Shown: positions 21,567 to 30,607 of the stretch, piece after piece
Numbering within the stretch: the stretch's first letter is position 1
Layout: the number at the start of each line of letters is the position of its first letter
From: a virus
Strand: one strand, 5' to 3'
IMG/VR virus record: IMGVR_UViG_3300045988_183576
Span: 1 to 36,794 of that record
Length of the DNA: 36,794 bases
Position numbers and translations under genes: made by a program
Notes under the pieces: generated by a model
What the model was told of the DNA's origin: nothing
The model's input: the letters and a program-made list of their open reading frames with translations, nothing else
Database searches by the model: none

Positions 21567-24500
21567 TTACCTCCAAGTAAATATTGATAACTCCACGTTT
21601 ACGGCATTCGAACTATATGTTTTCCCGACTATATGCCATATGCCGTCTTTGTCCTGTTTCGCCGAAAATTTATTTGTGCTTATCCAAACGCTATTGTCGT
21701 AAGCGGTAGTATAATCAACAGTATACATTTTTCCCGAGCTTATCGGTGTGACCGTCACTGTGTCAGTTGTTTTTTGCGAATATGCAAACGGCAAATAATC
21801 GTGTGCCATTGTAATTTGCAAAGGATTTGTCCCGTCGGAAAAAATATCGTCACCAACTGCAAAGTCTTTGTTTTCGCCGAATATGACCTCTCCGTTTTTT
21901 ACTAATGCCCACGACTTGATATTGCTATAATTATCCGTGATAATAAAAGGCTTAAAAAAGGCTTTTCGACCGTCGGCGGACAATTCAAAACCCGGAAAGC
22001 TTACACGAAAACTTTGCGAAATATCATATGTGCGCTCAAATTTATTCAAACGCTTCTTGCTCAGCCACAACCATACAGCCGTATTGTCATAGCCGTTCAC
22101 GAGCGAACAGTACTTTGCAAACCCACTTCCTATAACTATACTCCGACAATTGCTTACGAAATCAATCTGATAATTTATGCCCAAAATCTCAGTTGAGCCT
22201 TTTTTTACCCACAAGGGGTTATCTCCTGTCGTTATCAAAGCCGAACCGTCGGGTTGTAAATATTTGGCACTCGGCAACGAACTTGCAAGGTCGAATTCGT
22301 GGTCGGCAAGCGGAGAACCGCCCGTGTAATAATCGAACCGCAACTTTTCTGCGTTACCGAACGCATCGGTGTATTGAACGCCCTGTTGGAAATAACCTTG
22401 TATTTTATTTACAACCTCAGACAATGCTTGCGCTGAATCGCCTGCGGAATAGTTATCCGCATATTTTGTCAGAAACACTGCGGCATTGCCCGAAGCAACC
22501 GCTTGTACTGCCAACGCGCGCTTGCCACATGTCTTATCGTTTTCGTTTAAGCCCTCGCACACCGCCAAAGTCAATGGTTTATCCGTTTCTTCGGGGTTGT
22601 TTATAAACTTTATAACGTTTCCGACAGAAACAAGCGCAGCACCGTATGAGGTGACACTGTCACCTATAATGCAATAATCACGATATGAAAGCATACTTTC
22701 ATATGCTGCTTTTTCACTTATTTCGTATTGTCTTTTTTGTCTGTTGAGCGAAACATAAGCCGAATATCTGTTGAAATCCTGCGAAAGCGCAAGCGTTATT
22801 TTGGTTGTAAGCGGTTGCACCTCTACGGCGACGGTCGAAATATAATAATCGTCGTCATATAACGTGCCGACTTTCGGAATTGTCGGAAGTCCTTGCTTTA
22901 CAACCGTTACCACCTTATCTACGTTGCCCAAACGAGCGACAACACCTTTGAGGCTTTCACCGTAATATCTGCTTTCTACAACATTTTGTCCTTGATTGTA
23001 CGGCGTTGTAAAATGCTTTTTCGCAACAATAAGCGATTTATTCTGCTGTATTCTTGCAGGCATATACGCTTGATAGGTTATGCGGAATTGCATTTTAGGA
23101 TATAAACCTATATTAGGGTTACTACCCATAACGGCGGTTAAAATATTAACTATCGCATAATTTTTGAAAACATTTGTAATAGCCGCTTCTTCTTTGAAAT
23201 TAAAGCCCTTTATTCCTCGTGAACCGCGCGTATAATAAAGCGCATATGCTTTTGCATACGGATATGAATCCTCGTACGATGACATTTGATTATAGTCCGC
23301 AGATTCGAATACATACGACGTTATATCGTAAAACTTGTTGTTCGTGTCATCGTAATACTCGAATTTCTCAACGCTGTTTATCCCAAACTTTGTCGGAAAA
23401 ATCATATTGCTTTCCGTAACTCTCGCATATAGCGTTTCGCAACGCATAGACATCGCCGCACCAGCGAAAGGCTCTACAAATACGCCTTTTGCGTACCCGA
23501 GCGAATTGACGAGGTTGCCCACGCTGCTGTCGATGTTCGTGGTGTATCTATCGAGCGTGCGCGATACTTCTTTTGCGGCATACACACTGTACGGTTCTGT
23601 TTGTTCAGAACTTCCGTACATGTCATAGTAAATTTCGTGTCCTTTTAATCTCGGCTCGCCATGTATATATTGCCCTATGCCTTGTAATATTTCGCGTAAG
23701 TTAGATTGTGTGAATTGGAATTCGGGGACTTCGATTTTTTCAAACTCCGCCGCCTGTTCGGGATTGAGCCAAAAACGAGGACAATCTCCCTCTCGGAGCG
23801 GTTCAGCAATAATCAAAGCACGTTCGATTGCAGAACGAGCATTCCAAGCTTTGGGAAGCACCGCCGTGTCTACAACCGTCAAAGCGTAAGTATATGCACA
23901 GGATATTATTTTCGCCGTAGATGAAGAACTGCCGTTGTTTACGCTCCCATATAGATTGTAAATAACATTGACTACCCCCAATGACAAGTTCACCGTGACA
24001 GTCCCACTCGCCGTCATATCAACGCTCGTGTCTGTTCTCGAATCGAAAACTCTTTCGCCACCTTGCTCCACCAAAATATAATTTTTCTGATAATCTTCAA
24101 CCGGGGCAACCGATTTATCGTATAATGTAATTTCATAGTCACTTTTTTGCGTTAAAATACTTCTACACGTTGGAAAATTGTATGTTGTTTCCGATAAAGG
24201 CGATCCTATGTCGTCAATGTTATAATACCGAATCGAGCCGCTTGCCGCACCCGAAGCGGTATCACCCGAATATGCGTACAATGACGGCGTTTTCAACACT
24301 GTGTTGTAGTAATTGTTGAGTGCATTCACATATCCATGCGACCTTACTATAAAGCCCTCTAAATACTTTGTTTCCTCTATCAGATACAAAGTGTGATTAT
24401 ATTTGCCGCTTCCTACGGGCAATTCGTGTGCTTCGTCGTTGGCAATCAAAAAATTGTGGGTTATAACTTTTGTTGTGTCGCTTTCGTTCCATATTTTTAC

Positions 24501-24674
24501 GGTTACATTGACAAGCGGCTCGAAGTTTTCTATCGATACACGAATAAGTTCGAGCGTTGCTTCGTCAAGTTGTTCGTCCAAAAGCGCGCTCCACTTAAAA
24601 GAAAACGGCACGTGATTTGTGTAATCCGTACCGTCTATAAGGACTTGAATTTTGTTAAATTTTAGCTCTTCCAT
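21567..24674 (-). CDS. Large tail/baseplate structural protein (1035 aa; Dit/Tal-position)
   Basis: Called from size, beta-rich composition and position upstream of the fibre genes. It has no coiled-coil or TM character, so it is not a tape measure. Confidence 0.6.
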   Translation of the reverse strand: MEELKFNKIQVLIDGTDYTNHVPFSFKWSALLDEQLDEATLELIRVSIENFEPLVNVTVKIWNESDTTKVITHNFLIANDEAHELPVGSGKYNHTLYLIEETKYLEGFIVRSHGYVNALNNYYNTVLKTPSLYAYSGDTASGAASGSIRYYNIDDIGSPLSETTYNFPTCRSILTQKSDYEITLYDKSVAPVEDYQKNYILVEQGGERVFDSRTDTSVDMTASGTVTVNLSLGVVNVIYNLYGSVNNGSSSSTAKIISCAYTYALTVVDTAVLPKAWNARSAIERALIIAEPLREGDCPRFWLNPEQAAEFEKIEVPEFQFTQSNLREILQGIGQYIHGEPRLKGHEIYYDMYGSSEQTEPYSVYAAKEVSRTLDRYTTNIDSSVGNLVNSLGYAKGVFVEPFAGAAMSMRCETLYARVTESNMIFPTKFGINSVEKFEYYDDTNNKFYDITSYVFESADYNQMSSYEDSYPYAKAYALYYTRGSRGIKGFNFKEEAAITNVFKNYAIVNILTAVMGSNPNIGLYPKMQFRITYQAYMPARIQQNKSLIVAKKHFTTPYNQGQNVVESRYYGESLKGVVARLGNVDKVVTVVKQGLPTIPKVGTLYDDDYYISTVAVEVQPLTTKITLALSQDFNRYSAYVSLNRQKRQYEISEKAAYESMLSYRDYCIIGDSVTSYGAALVSVGNVIKFINNPEETDKPLTLAVCEGLNENDKTCGKRALAVQAVASGNAAVFLTKYADNYSAGDSAQALSEVVNKIQGYFQQGVQYTDAFGNAEKLRFDYYTGGSPLADHEFDLASSLPSAKYLQPDGSALITTGDNPLWVKKGSTEILGINYQIDFVSNCRSIVIGSGFAKYCSLVNGYDNTAVWLWLSKKRLNKFERTYDISQSFRVSFPGFELSADGRKAFFKPFIITDNYSNIKSWALVKNGEVIFGENKDFAVGDDIFSDGTNPLQITMAHDYLPFAYSQKTTDTVTVTPISSGKMYTVDYTTAYDNSVWISTNKFSAKQDKDGIWHIVGKTYSSNAVNVELSIFTWR

Positions 24675-24687
24675 TATTTCACCTATG

Positions 24688-24712
24688 AAAAAAGCAAGCC
24701 TTTCGACTTGCT
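24688..24712 (-). terminator. Weak rho-independent terminator after the 153-aa membrane-protein gene
   Basis: Minus strand reads AGCAAG-tcgaaagg-CTTGCT followed by TTTTTCAT. The stem is only 6 bp, so readthrough is expected. Confidence 0.35.
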
Positions 24713-24718
24713 CGTGTT

Positions 24719-25180
24719 TTAGATTTTTTTCTTCTTTGATATTACTGCAACTACTATTTCAACAATGCCGATTATCAATACAGCCCCGAAACCTATTTGC
24801 AACCAAATGGCTGTTTGATTTGTATATTTGTCTTCACCTCGCCTATATACAAATGCGGTTATATTTCCTGGCGTGGTCATCATTCGTTCGGAGTCATAAT
24901 AGATGCCACCGTTAATCCATACAGGTTGATAGCCCTCATCAACTTCAATATGAGTACCATCTTTTTTGTAAAATCCGTTCGAACTATATTTAAGTTCACC
25001 GTTAATGTAAGATCGCATATCATATGTATTGTCGTAAAAAATATAAAAGGAGTCGTATTCTGCGTTTTTTTTATCGGTATAATACGGTGTTCCCTTGAAT
25101 ATGCCTGCCGTATTCATAGCAATAGTGCCGCATATCGCTATAATTATCAACAAAACCCCAATAATTACCCTCTTTTTCAT
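24719..25180 (-). CDS. Bitopic membrane protein (153 aa): N- and C-terminal TM helices flanking a Tyr/Gly-rich extracytoplasmic domain
   Basis: TM segments are VIIGVLLIIIAICGTIAM and IWLQIGFGAVLIIGIVEIVVAVI, followed by KKKKI. The gene is visibly AT-richer than its neighbours. Confidence 0.65.
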   Translation of the reverse strand: MKKRVIIGVLLIIIAICGTIAMNTAGIFKGTPYYTDKKNAEYDSFYIFYDNTYDMRSYINGELKYSSNGFYKKDGTHIEVDEGYQPVWINGGIYYDSERMMTTPGNITAFVYRRGEDKYTNQTAIWLQIGFGAVLIIGIVEIVVAVISKKKKI

Positions 25181-25215
25181 TCTTTTTTCTCCTTTTAATA
25201 AAAATTATATAACAG

Positions 25216-25244
25216 TATATACAATATATTCGGCTATTAGTCAA
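25216..25244 (-). promoter_or_regulatory. Candidate internal promoter for the 153-aa membrane-protein gene
   Basis: Minus strand reads TTGACT (25244-25239), 17 nt, TATATA (25221-25216), within a 69-nt AT-rich intergenic gap. Confidence 0.45.
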
Positions 25245-25249
25245 GCGAT

Positions 25250-25960
25250 TTAATCGTTTTTTTCGTTTTTTCTTAAAATTTCGTTGTAAACGTCGTCGAA
25301 ATCGGGTAATTCTTCGTAATGAATGGGCTTTTCTTCCGTCCTCGCAACCGCTTTGCCCGCTATTGCATTTTTATAGAAAAGCAGACGTTCGGAGTATGCA
25401 ACGCATATGCCGCTTACGCACAGAATGGTTATGATAGCATAAGATATTTCGTGGATAATATCGCCCGTAAGTATTCCGCTCCAAGTCTTTATCTCATAAT
25501 CGAGAGATTGAGCCAAGTACGGCGTTTTAACGCTTTCGGGGATATTGACAGCCGTCCAAAACGAAAGCTCCGTTTGCGTGTCTTTTATGCGCCCCGAGTT
25601 AATAGCCATACCGCTTATTGATACGGCAATTATACACAATAATATAATCGTCATTGTTTTCGGTGCTAATATTTTGGGGAATATTGTTATAACCTCTGCG
25701 AAAAGCAATGCCACTTCTCCCACTATCATAAGAGATAACACAACGACTTGCGCAACCCATTTCGCTTTGTATTCATTGAGCCACGCTTGAATTTTTTCGT
25801 CGTCTTGTACGATACCGTCGGCGACTTCCTGTTCGTATCCCTCTTTTCGCCAAGTGTATTCGTATTTGTAATCTTTGCATATTCGTATCTGCCACATTAT
25901 CGGGAAAAGCATTGCCGCAATTATCACGGCAAATATAATTATCCAAGATTTGCGCTTCAT
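25250..25960 (-). CDS. Polytopic membrane protein (236 aa, ~4 TM)
   Basis: Hydrophobic segments WIIIFAVIIAAMLFPIMW, VVVLSLMIVGEVALLFAEVITIF, IILLCIIAVSISGMAI and ISYAIITILCVSGICVAY. Confidence 0.65.
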   Translation of the reverse strand: MKRKSWIIIFAVIIAAMLFPIMWQIRICKDYKYEYTWRKEGYEQEVADGIVQDDEKIQAWLNEYKAKWVAQVVVLSLMIVGEVALLFAEVITIFPKILAPKTMTIILLCIIAVSISGMAINSGRIKDTQTELSFWTAVNIPESVKTPYLAQSLDYEIKTWSGILTGDIIHEISYAIITILCVSGICVAYSERLLFYKNAIAGKAVARTEEKPIHYEELPDFDDVYNEILRKNEKND

Positions 25961-25978
25961 TTATTTCACCTCTTTTTG

Positions 25979-26458
25979 TCATCTGTTGCCGTTTATATAA
26001 GCAAGCGAATTGCCGCTTCTTATTCTTGCTAAGCCGAGAGATATATTCTCCAAGCTTCTTTGCGTGTTGTACCTTATAATCTTTTGACCGATGTTTATGC
26101 TCGCTTCGACGGCTGTATAAGCCGTTGCGACAACCGCTCCTACACCCCCGCCCGTCAATGCTCCGACAGAAATATTTGTTATGGCATCGCTTACCTGCCC
26201 TAAAATATCGTAAGTAAACTGCATGCGCTGTTGGCGTTCGACTTCGCCCGTTCTTAAACTCACCATAGATATTTCAAACGATATAGCCCTTTTTACATAG
26301 TTCGCTACCTTTTGAACAACCATCCACCCGAGCGCAACGTCGCCGCTATTGCTGTCGGTTTTTGTTTCTTTACCGCCTTTCTTTTCACCGGCAATAGGAG
26401 ATACGTTACTTCCCGTTTTGTCGTAAATGGTTATGGTGTAATGTCTGTCGTCTGCCAT
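25979..26458 (-). CDS. Hypothetical virion protein (159 aa) with Gly-zipper hydrophobic segment
   Basis: VGALTGGGVGAVVATAYTAV. GAGGTG RBS. It follows the putative tail-tube gene. Confidence 0.5.
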   Translation of the reverse strand: MADDRHYTITIYDKTGSNVSPIAGEKKGGKETKTDSNSGDVALGWMVVQKVANYVKRAISFEISMVSLRTGEVERQQRMQFTYDILGQVSDAITNISVGALTGGGVGAVVATAYTAVEASINIGQKIIRYNTQRSLENISLGLARIRSGNSLAYINGNR

Positions 26459-26459
26459 A

Positions 26460-27344
26460 TCACACCTCGAAATACTCTAAAAGATTTATCTCCATACCAA
26501 CGTTATTTATTTCCTGCGCGGTAATATTCCCCACGTCGAATATCATTCGTTTGGTATTTTCTTTAACGGTAGCGTTGCCTTGCTCGTCGGTTACGGTCAA
26601 TTCGCTGAACTTTATAACTACGTCGTACACTTTTTCAACGCCGTTTATTACGTAGTCCGCAAACTCTTTCGTCAATGTGTTATTGGTCAATGCGGGTACT
26701 GTAACAGTTACTTGTAGTGCGGTGGACGAGTGCCACGACTTTGCAACGCCGTTCGTATTACTAAATGCTCCGCCGTCCGTAGAGGGCGCACGAACAAGCA
26801 CAAGGCTTGTGAAAGGTATCTGTTCACCCTCGAACGTTACCGACTGATTCTGACTGTTTACGCCGTTTTGCACAACCGAAAAATTGCATACCCAATTATA
26901 GTCAATGCTGTCGCCGTAGCCTTGCCGTATTTCTCTCGAACCCGCTTCGGGCTGCGAACCGTACATCGTTACGGTGTATGTCTGCTCCGCCCCTTTGTTG
27001 TCGGCAACTGTATAACTGAACACGTCGGGCGTGGACATATACGTCGATATAGCTTCGCGAATGTATCTCACGCTTTCGTCAAAGCCTTTGACCTTGTTTA
27101 TCGGAACGCATACGGAAACACCCACCGTTTCGGTTGCAACTATAATACCGTTTACGGGCGTTATAGTCGAGCTTATAATGTCCGCTTCGCCGTCTATGCG
27201 GTAAAGTATATCGTTCGAGCGCGCTTTTCTTGCCGACGGAACATACGTTCCGCCGTCACCCATTATCACAAACTCCGTGTTATCGGGAGCAAGCGCGTTT
27301 AACTTCTCTGTTAATCTCTCCGCTATTGTCTGTATCGAAATCAT
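26460..27344 (-). CDS. Putative major tail (tube/tubular) protein (294 aa)
   Basis: Start trimmed to ATG 27344 (ATGA overlap with the upstream stop). Called from position after the neck genes and from beta-rich composition only. Confidence 0.35.
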   Translation of the reverse strand: MISIQTIAERLTEKLNALAPDNTEFVIMGDGGTYVPSARKARSNDILYRIDGEADIISSTITPVNGIIVATETVGVSVCVPINKVKGFDESVRYIREAISTYMSTPDVFSYTVADNKGAEQTYTVTMYGSQPEAGSREIRQGYGDSIDYNWVCNFSVVQNGVNSQNQSVTFEGEQIPFTSLVLVRAPSTDGGAFSNTNGVAKSWHSSTALQVTVTVPALTNNTLTKEFADYVINGVEKVYDVVIKFSELTVTDEQGNATVKENTKRMIFDVGNITAQEINNVGMEINLLEYFEV

Positions 27345-27712
27345 TTTATTCTCCTTATTGCCCCCGGTCTTACTTTGAATTGTCTGCCTATGTTCTTTGC
27401 AACGACATAAGTCGCACGCCCGAACCAACCCTCGTTCGGGTTCTTCTTACCTTTCCACTTCGGGGAAATCCATTTTTCATTAGTGTACGGCACATACGGT
27501 GCTATGTTTTCGTCTATATATATTTCACATACGCCTTTGTGCGGAAAGCTAATCTTCGACGCATTGAACGCCATATTGCCCGTTGAGCATTTACATCTAT
27601 GCCCGTACTTGTTTATATAATATCCGCTCCCCCTCGTTTTCGGGTTAGGCACATAGTCCTGAAAAGCGGAAAATGCCGTGTTGCAACTTTTTTGGAATTG
27701 TTCTCTTGTCAT
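27341..27712 (-). CDS. Putative neck/tail-completion protein (123 aa, HK97 gp10-like?)
   Basis: STGNMAFNASKISF...IAPYVPYTNE loosely resembles the gp10-family TGNL...YA.YVE pattern. The position is also consistent. Confidence 0.3.
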   Translation of the reverse strand: MTREQFQKSCNTAFSAFQDYVPNPKTRGSGYYINKYGHRCKCSTGNMAFNASKISFPHKGVCEIYIDENIAPYVPYTNEKWISPKWKGKKNPNEGWFGRATYVVAKNIGRQFKVRPGAIRRIK

Positions 27713-27758
27713 TTCACGTTTTTCTCCTTGAAACCGAATACGGGCTAAATTTCGGTGC

Positions 27759-28379
27759 TTAATCGGTTTGCCCGAAAAGTATTTTCATCGAAACGGTATT
27801 CACGGCGGAACCCGTTCCCGAAATGCGGATATTCTGGTCTTTAATGATAATGTCCGCTCCGTTATCGTATTCCGTGCCGTTGACGTTGAATTTCTGGACA
27901 TAACCAAAAACTTCTATCTTGTCGCCGTTTTGTAGAATGTACTTTTCGGGGATGTGATATTCGTTGACTTTAACCGTCACGCCCGTCCTGTATAGTTGAT
28001 ATTCGTTTCTGAACTTTTTCAACGGATTGTCTACCGCTACGAGCGACAAGACGTATTCCGTTGCCGGGTTGCTGTTTATAATGCGTAAAACGTTGGGATT
28101 ATGCTTTGTCAATCTCGTAGTATAGTCTACGACCTGCCAGTCGGTGCCGTCCTGTAATTCGACGAAACCGAGCGTGTCCCAGCCCATATCCCACGTCGTA
28201 TGAATAATCATATTCGACCTTGCGGACATAACGTTTTTGATAAGCATATTGTACGCCGTTGTTTTGTCGCTTTCTATGCCGTACTCAAAATACGCTTCGG
28301 GCGCGGATTCGCTGTTTTTGTAATACCCAACCAAAAACTCTTTTTTGCGGTCGTGAGCGAGAAAATCCGTTATATCCAT
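27759..28379 (-). CDS. Hypothetical head-tail joining region protein (206 aa)
   Basis: ORF track and synteny only. Confidence 0.5.
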   Translation of the reverse strand: MDITDFLAHDRKKEFLVGYYKNSESAPEAYFEYGIESDKTTAYNMLIKNVMSARSNMIIHTTWDMGWDTLGFVELQDGTDWQVVDYTTRLTKHNPNVLRIINSNPATEYVLSLVAVDNPLKKFRNEYQLYRTGVTVKVNEYHIPEKYILQNGDKIEVFGYVQKFNVNGTEYDNGADIIIKDQNIRISGTGSAVNTVSMKILFGQTD

Positions 28380-28380
28380 A

Positions 28381-28842
28381 TCAGTAATGCCCCTCTTCGT
28401 AAGTCGGAATGTAGGTTAAAAAGCCTCTGTAAATTCTATACAAAACCGACTTGCCCGTTTCGTCTATCGGCTGTAAAAGCGCGTTATAAGTGGTTTGAGA
28501 AACTTGCTCTTTCTCTTTTTCGCCGTAAGTTACAAGGTCAAGCAATTGATTGCTCATTGCTTCGAGCAGGACTTTACGCGCCGACGGACTTTTCGCGAGG
28601 ATATACTCCATAAGTTGCTTGTCCTGATGAGCGTATATTGCCGAATAAATCTTGAATGAAATGCGGTTATCCAAAAGCACGTTTATAGCCGTAGTCGTGT
28701 TGACCGTACGTTTGCCGCCCATTTTCTCGTATAAGTCTATGCCGAGATTGTTAAGCACGTACTCAGGCGTGAGTATGTATCTGTGTTTGGTGTAGTCGTA
28801 CACCATTGCGTCGTCGCTGAGCGGATATGTGGTATCTAACAT
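28381..28842 (-). CDS. Hypothetical head-tail connector region protein (153 aa)
   Basis: ORF track and synteny only. Confidence 0.5.
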   Translation of the reverse strand: MLDTTYPLSDDAMVYDYTKHRYILTPEYVLNNLGIDLYEKMGGKRTVNTTTAINVLLDNRISFKIYSAIYAHQDKQLMEYILAKSPSARKVLLEAMSNQLLDLVTYGEKEKEQVSQTTYNALLQPIDETGKSVLYRIYRGFLTYIPTYEEGHY

Positions 28843-28905
28843 AATAAACCTCCGTGTGTTGTTGCCGTTTTGCCGAGTTGCACGGCTATACTCTTAACGG
28901 CATAA

Positions 28906-28936
28906 GAGCGACGGGAATTGAGGGAAACCGTCGCTC
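28906..28936. other. Strong 9-bp hairpin in the 120-nt gap after the capsid genes
   Basis: GAGCGACGG (28906-28914) / CCGTCGCTC (28928-28936) with a 13-nt loop. Smaller hairpins lie at ~28863-28885 and 28891-28908. Confidence 0.6.
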
Positions 28937-28962
28937 CTTTAATAGGGGAAAATGGAGAGTAA

Positions 28963-29316
28963 TTATTCGCCGAAAGTGTTAAGTTTGTGCATTGTGTCAT
29001 CTCCCCACCCGGGGTAGTAGCCGGGCAGTGACCGTTGGTCTGTCGAACCCAATGTTTTGAGCATAACAAATTCGTCGGATAATTTGTCGAGTGTTTGTTC
29101 GGCAGGCGCACCGTTTGCGTCGCGCGTGTACACTATTCTGCCGAGTGTTTTGTAAGTCTTACCCGATACCGGGTGAGTAACTTCCGGAGTGACCAAGTCG
29201 CCCGTTCTGAGCGTTTCTTTGCCTAAATAGTTATAGACTTTCCCGCCCCCGTTATGCCCGTAAAGCACACCGACGAGCCGACTTGTATCTTCTCCGAAAA
29301 GGTTTAACTTACGCAA
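28963..29316 (-). CDS. Hypothetical capsid-associated protein (117 aa), TTG start overlapping the capsid gene end
   Basis: The ORF has no ATG before aa 85. The frame opens only 9 codons upstream of the TTG at 29316. N- and C-termini share KLN.FGE. Confidence 0.45.
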   Translation of the reverse strand: MRKLNLFGEDTSRLVGVLYGHNGGGKVYNYLGKETLRTGDLVTPEVTHPVSGKTYKTLGRIVYTRDANGAPAEQTLDKLSDEFVMLKTLGSTDQRSLPGYYPGWGDDTMHKLNTFGE

Positions 29317-30586
29317 GGGTTTGAGTTCCGTCTGCCTTAGAGGTCAAAGTGGAAGCCCGTGCGACCTTGTTGTCGTTGTCGTACGAGAGGTTGGGCAGAA
29401 CCATATTGATTGCTTTGAGAATAGCAACGATAGTGGTTTTTGCGTTGTCCACGTTGGAAGTGGCACCCGTCCACTCGGTACCGGACACGACGCATTTAAG
29501 AGCGGTACCGGAAAGGCAACGAACGCCCATATTGACCTTAGGCTGAATAATGACGCCCTGAGTATCGGGGTCGTCTACGGTTTTGAACGAAGTGGGACGC
29601 AGTCCGCGAATGGTTGCGTTTGCAGGCGCAATCATTGCCTGAATATCGTTGAGATATCCTATAACGGTTGCGTCGTCGGTATCGTCAAGTCCCAAGTAAT
29701 ACCAAGCGGAATTTTTGACCTGCTGGCTTACTTCGTACAGAGGCATACCGTCGAGCCAACCGACATAGCCTTTCTGGAAGTCCGCAACGGTCTTTTTCTC
29801 GGAAGTGAACGCGTTCATTCCGCCGCCTGCGAGCATACGGGTTGCAACGTCGGAAGCAGACATCGAAGCGGTTTCGGAAAGGTCTACAAGGTAAATCGGG
29901 TCGAACAGGAACGCCTGTCTTGCGTCTGCCGGGAAGTAATCCGCATACAGCTTGCTGTCGCCTTTGCTTACTTTTGCGTTGGAAATCTTGAACGCACGGA
30001 TTGCGCCCGTCTTGTTGGTCGAATCGTAAGTGTACTTTTCGAGTGCCGCTTTGACTTCTGCGTCGGTAATATCCGTCGCCGCCGCCGAAGAGCCTTTTGC
30101 GTAAGCCGCCGCGAACGATTCGGTGAAGAACGCAAACAGCTGTGCTGCGAACGTATAACCGTTTACGTTGATAGCAATATCCTGCTCAATCTGTTCACGA
30201 CAAATCTGCTCGAACGATTCGTTGAGGCTTGCCGCTCCGGTCATTTCGATTTCGTCCTCAGAAACGGCAATGTTGAAGTCGTATCTTTTGAGGATATCGA
30301 TAGTGAAACGTCTTGACAGAACGTGATTACGCTGTTTGTTCTCGTTGGGGGCGTTGTTGGTGTTAGCCCATTCGCCGTTGGAGCTTGCGCCGCGCATGCG
30401 GAATCTGCCGCCGATAGGAATCGGGACGAAAATATCAATCATTGCGGCTTTGGTCTGGTCGGGGGTGATAAATCTGTCGGTGATACCGAATCCGTCCTTG
30501 TGAACGATGTCCGGATACAGATTCTTGTAAACGGTTTTAGATACCAGTTTTGCGACCTGCTGGTTGTTAAGGTTAAAAAGTGACAT
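29309..30586 (-). CDS. Putative major capsid protein (425 aa)
   Basis: It lies immediately after the scaffold gene and has a typical size. No motif-level confirmation was possible. Confidence 0.6.
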   Translation of the reverse strand: MSLFNLNNQQVAKLVSKTVYKNLYPDIVHKDGFGITDRFITPDQTKAAMIDIFVPIPIGGRFRMRGASSNGEWANTNNAPNENKQRNHVLSRRFTIDILKRYDFNIAVSEDEIEMTGAASLNESFEQICREQIEQDIAINVNGYTFAAQLFAFFTESFAAAYAKGSSAAATDITDAEVKAALEKYTYDSTNKTGAIRAFKISNAKVSKGDSKLYADYFPADARQAFLFDPIYLVDLSETASMSASDVATRMLAGGGMNAFTSEKKTVADFQKGYVGWLDGMPLYEVSQQVKNSAWYYLGLDDTDDATVIGYLNDIQAMIAPANATIRGLRPTSFKTVDDPDTQGVIIQPKVNMGVRCLSGTALKCVVSGTEWTGATSNVDNAKTTIVAILKAINMVLPNLSYDNDNKVARASTLTSKADGTQTLA

Positions 30587-30607
30587 ATTTTTTATTCTCC
30601 TGAAAAA

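Noticed and set aside
21567-24674. The 1035-aa protein (and the 1055-aa protein) considered as a tape-measure protein.
   Set aside because: Both are beta-rich and Ser/Thr/Asn/Tyr-rich, without long heptad or Ala/Lys-rich helical stretches or TM segments. The 1055-aa protein has clear fibre repeats and FN3-like motifs.
28836-29111. 91-aa minus-strand ORF overlapping 28963..29316 and the hairpin gap.
   Set aside because: It is out of frame with the better-placed 117-aa ORF, has no RBS, and runs through the structured intergenic region.
29300-29345. Programmed frameshift fusing the capsid protein to the downstream 117-aa ORF (T7 gene 10A/10B style).
   Set aside because: The downstream frame is +1 relative to the capsid frame and opens only 9 codons before the TTG. 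There is no X-XXY-YYZ heptamer or convincing +1 shifty stop context. It is left as a low-priority check.
29321-30316. 331-aa plus-strand ORF, and many other long plus-strand ORFs between 13.5 and 36.3 kb (e.g. 20146..20904, 26730..27302, 18480..19016).
   Set aside because: They lie antisense to well-supported minus-strand structural genes and lack SD sites. Their Arg/Cys/Val-rich composition is typical of shadow frames.
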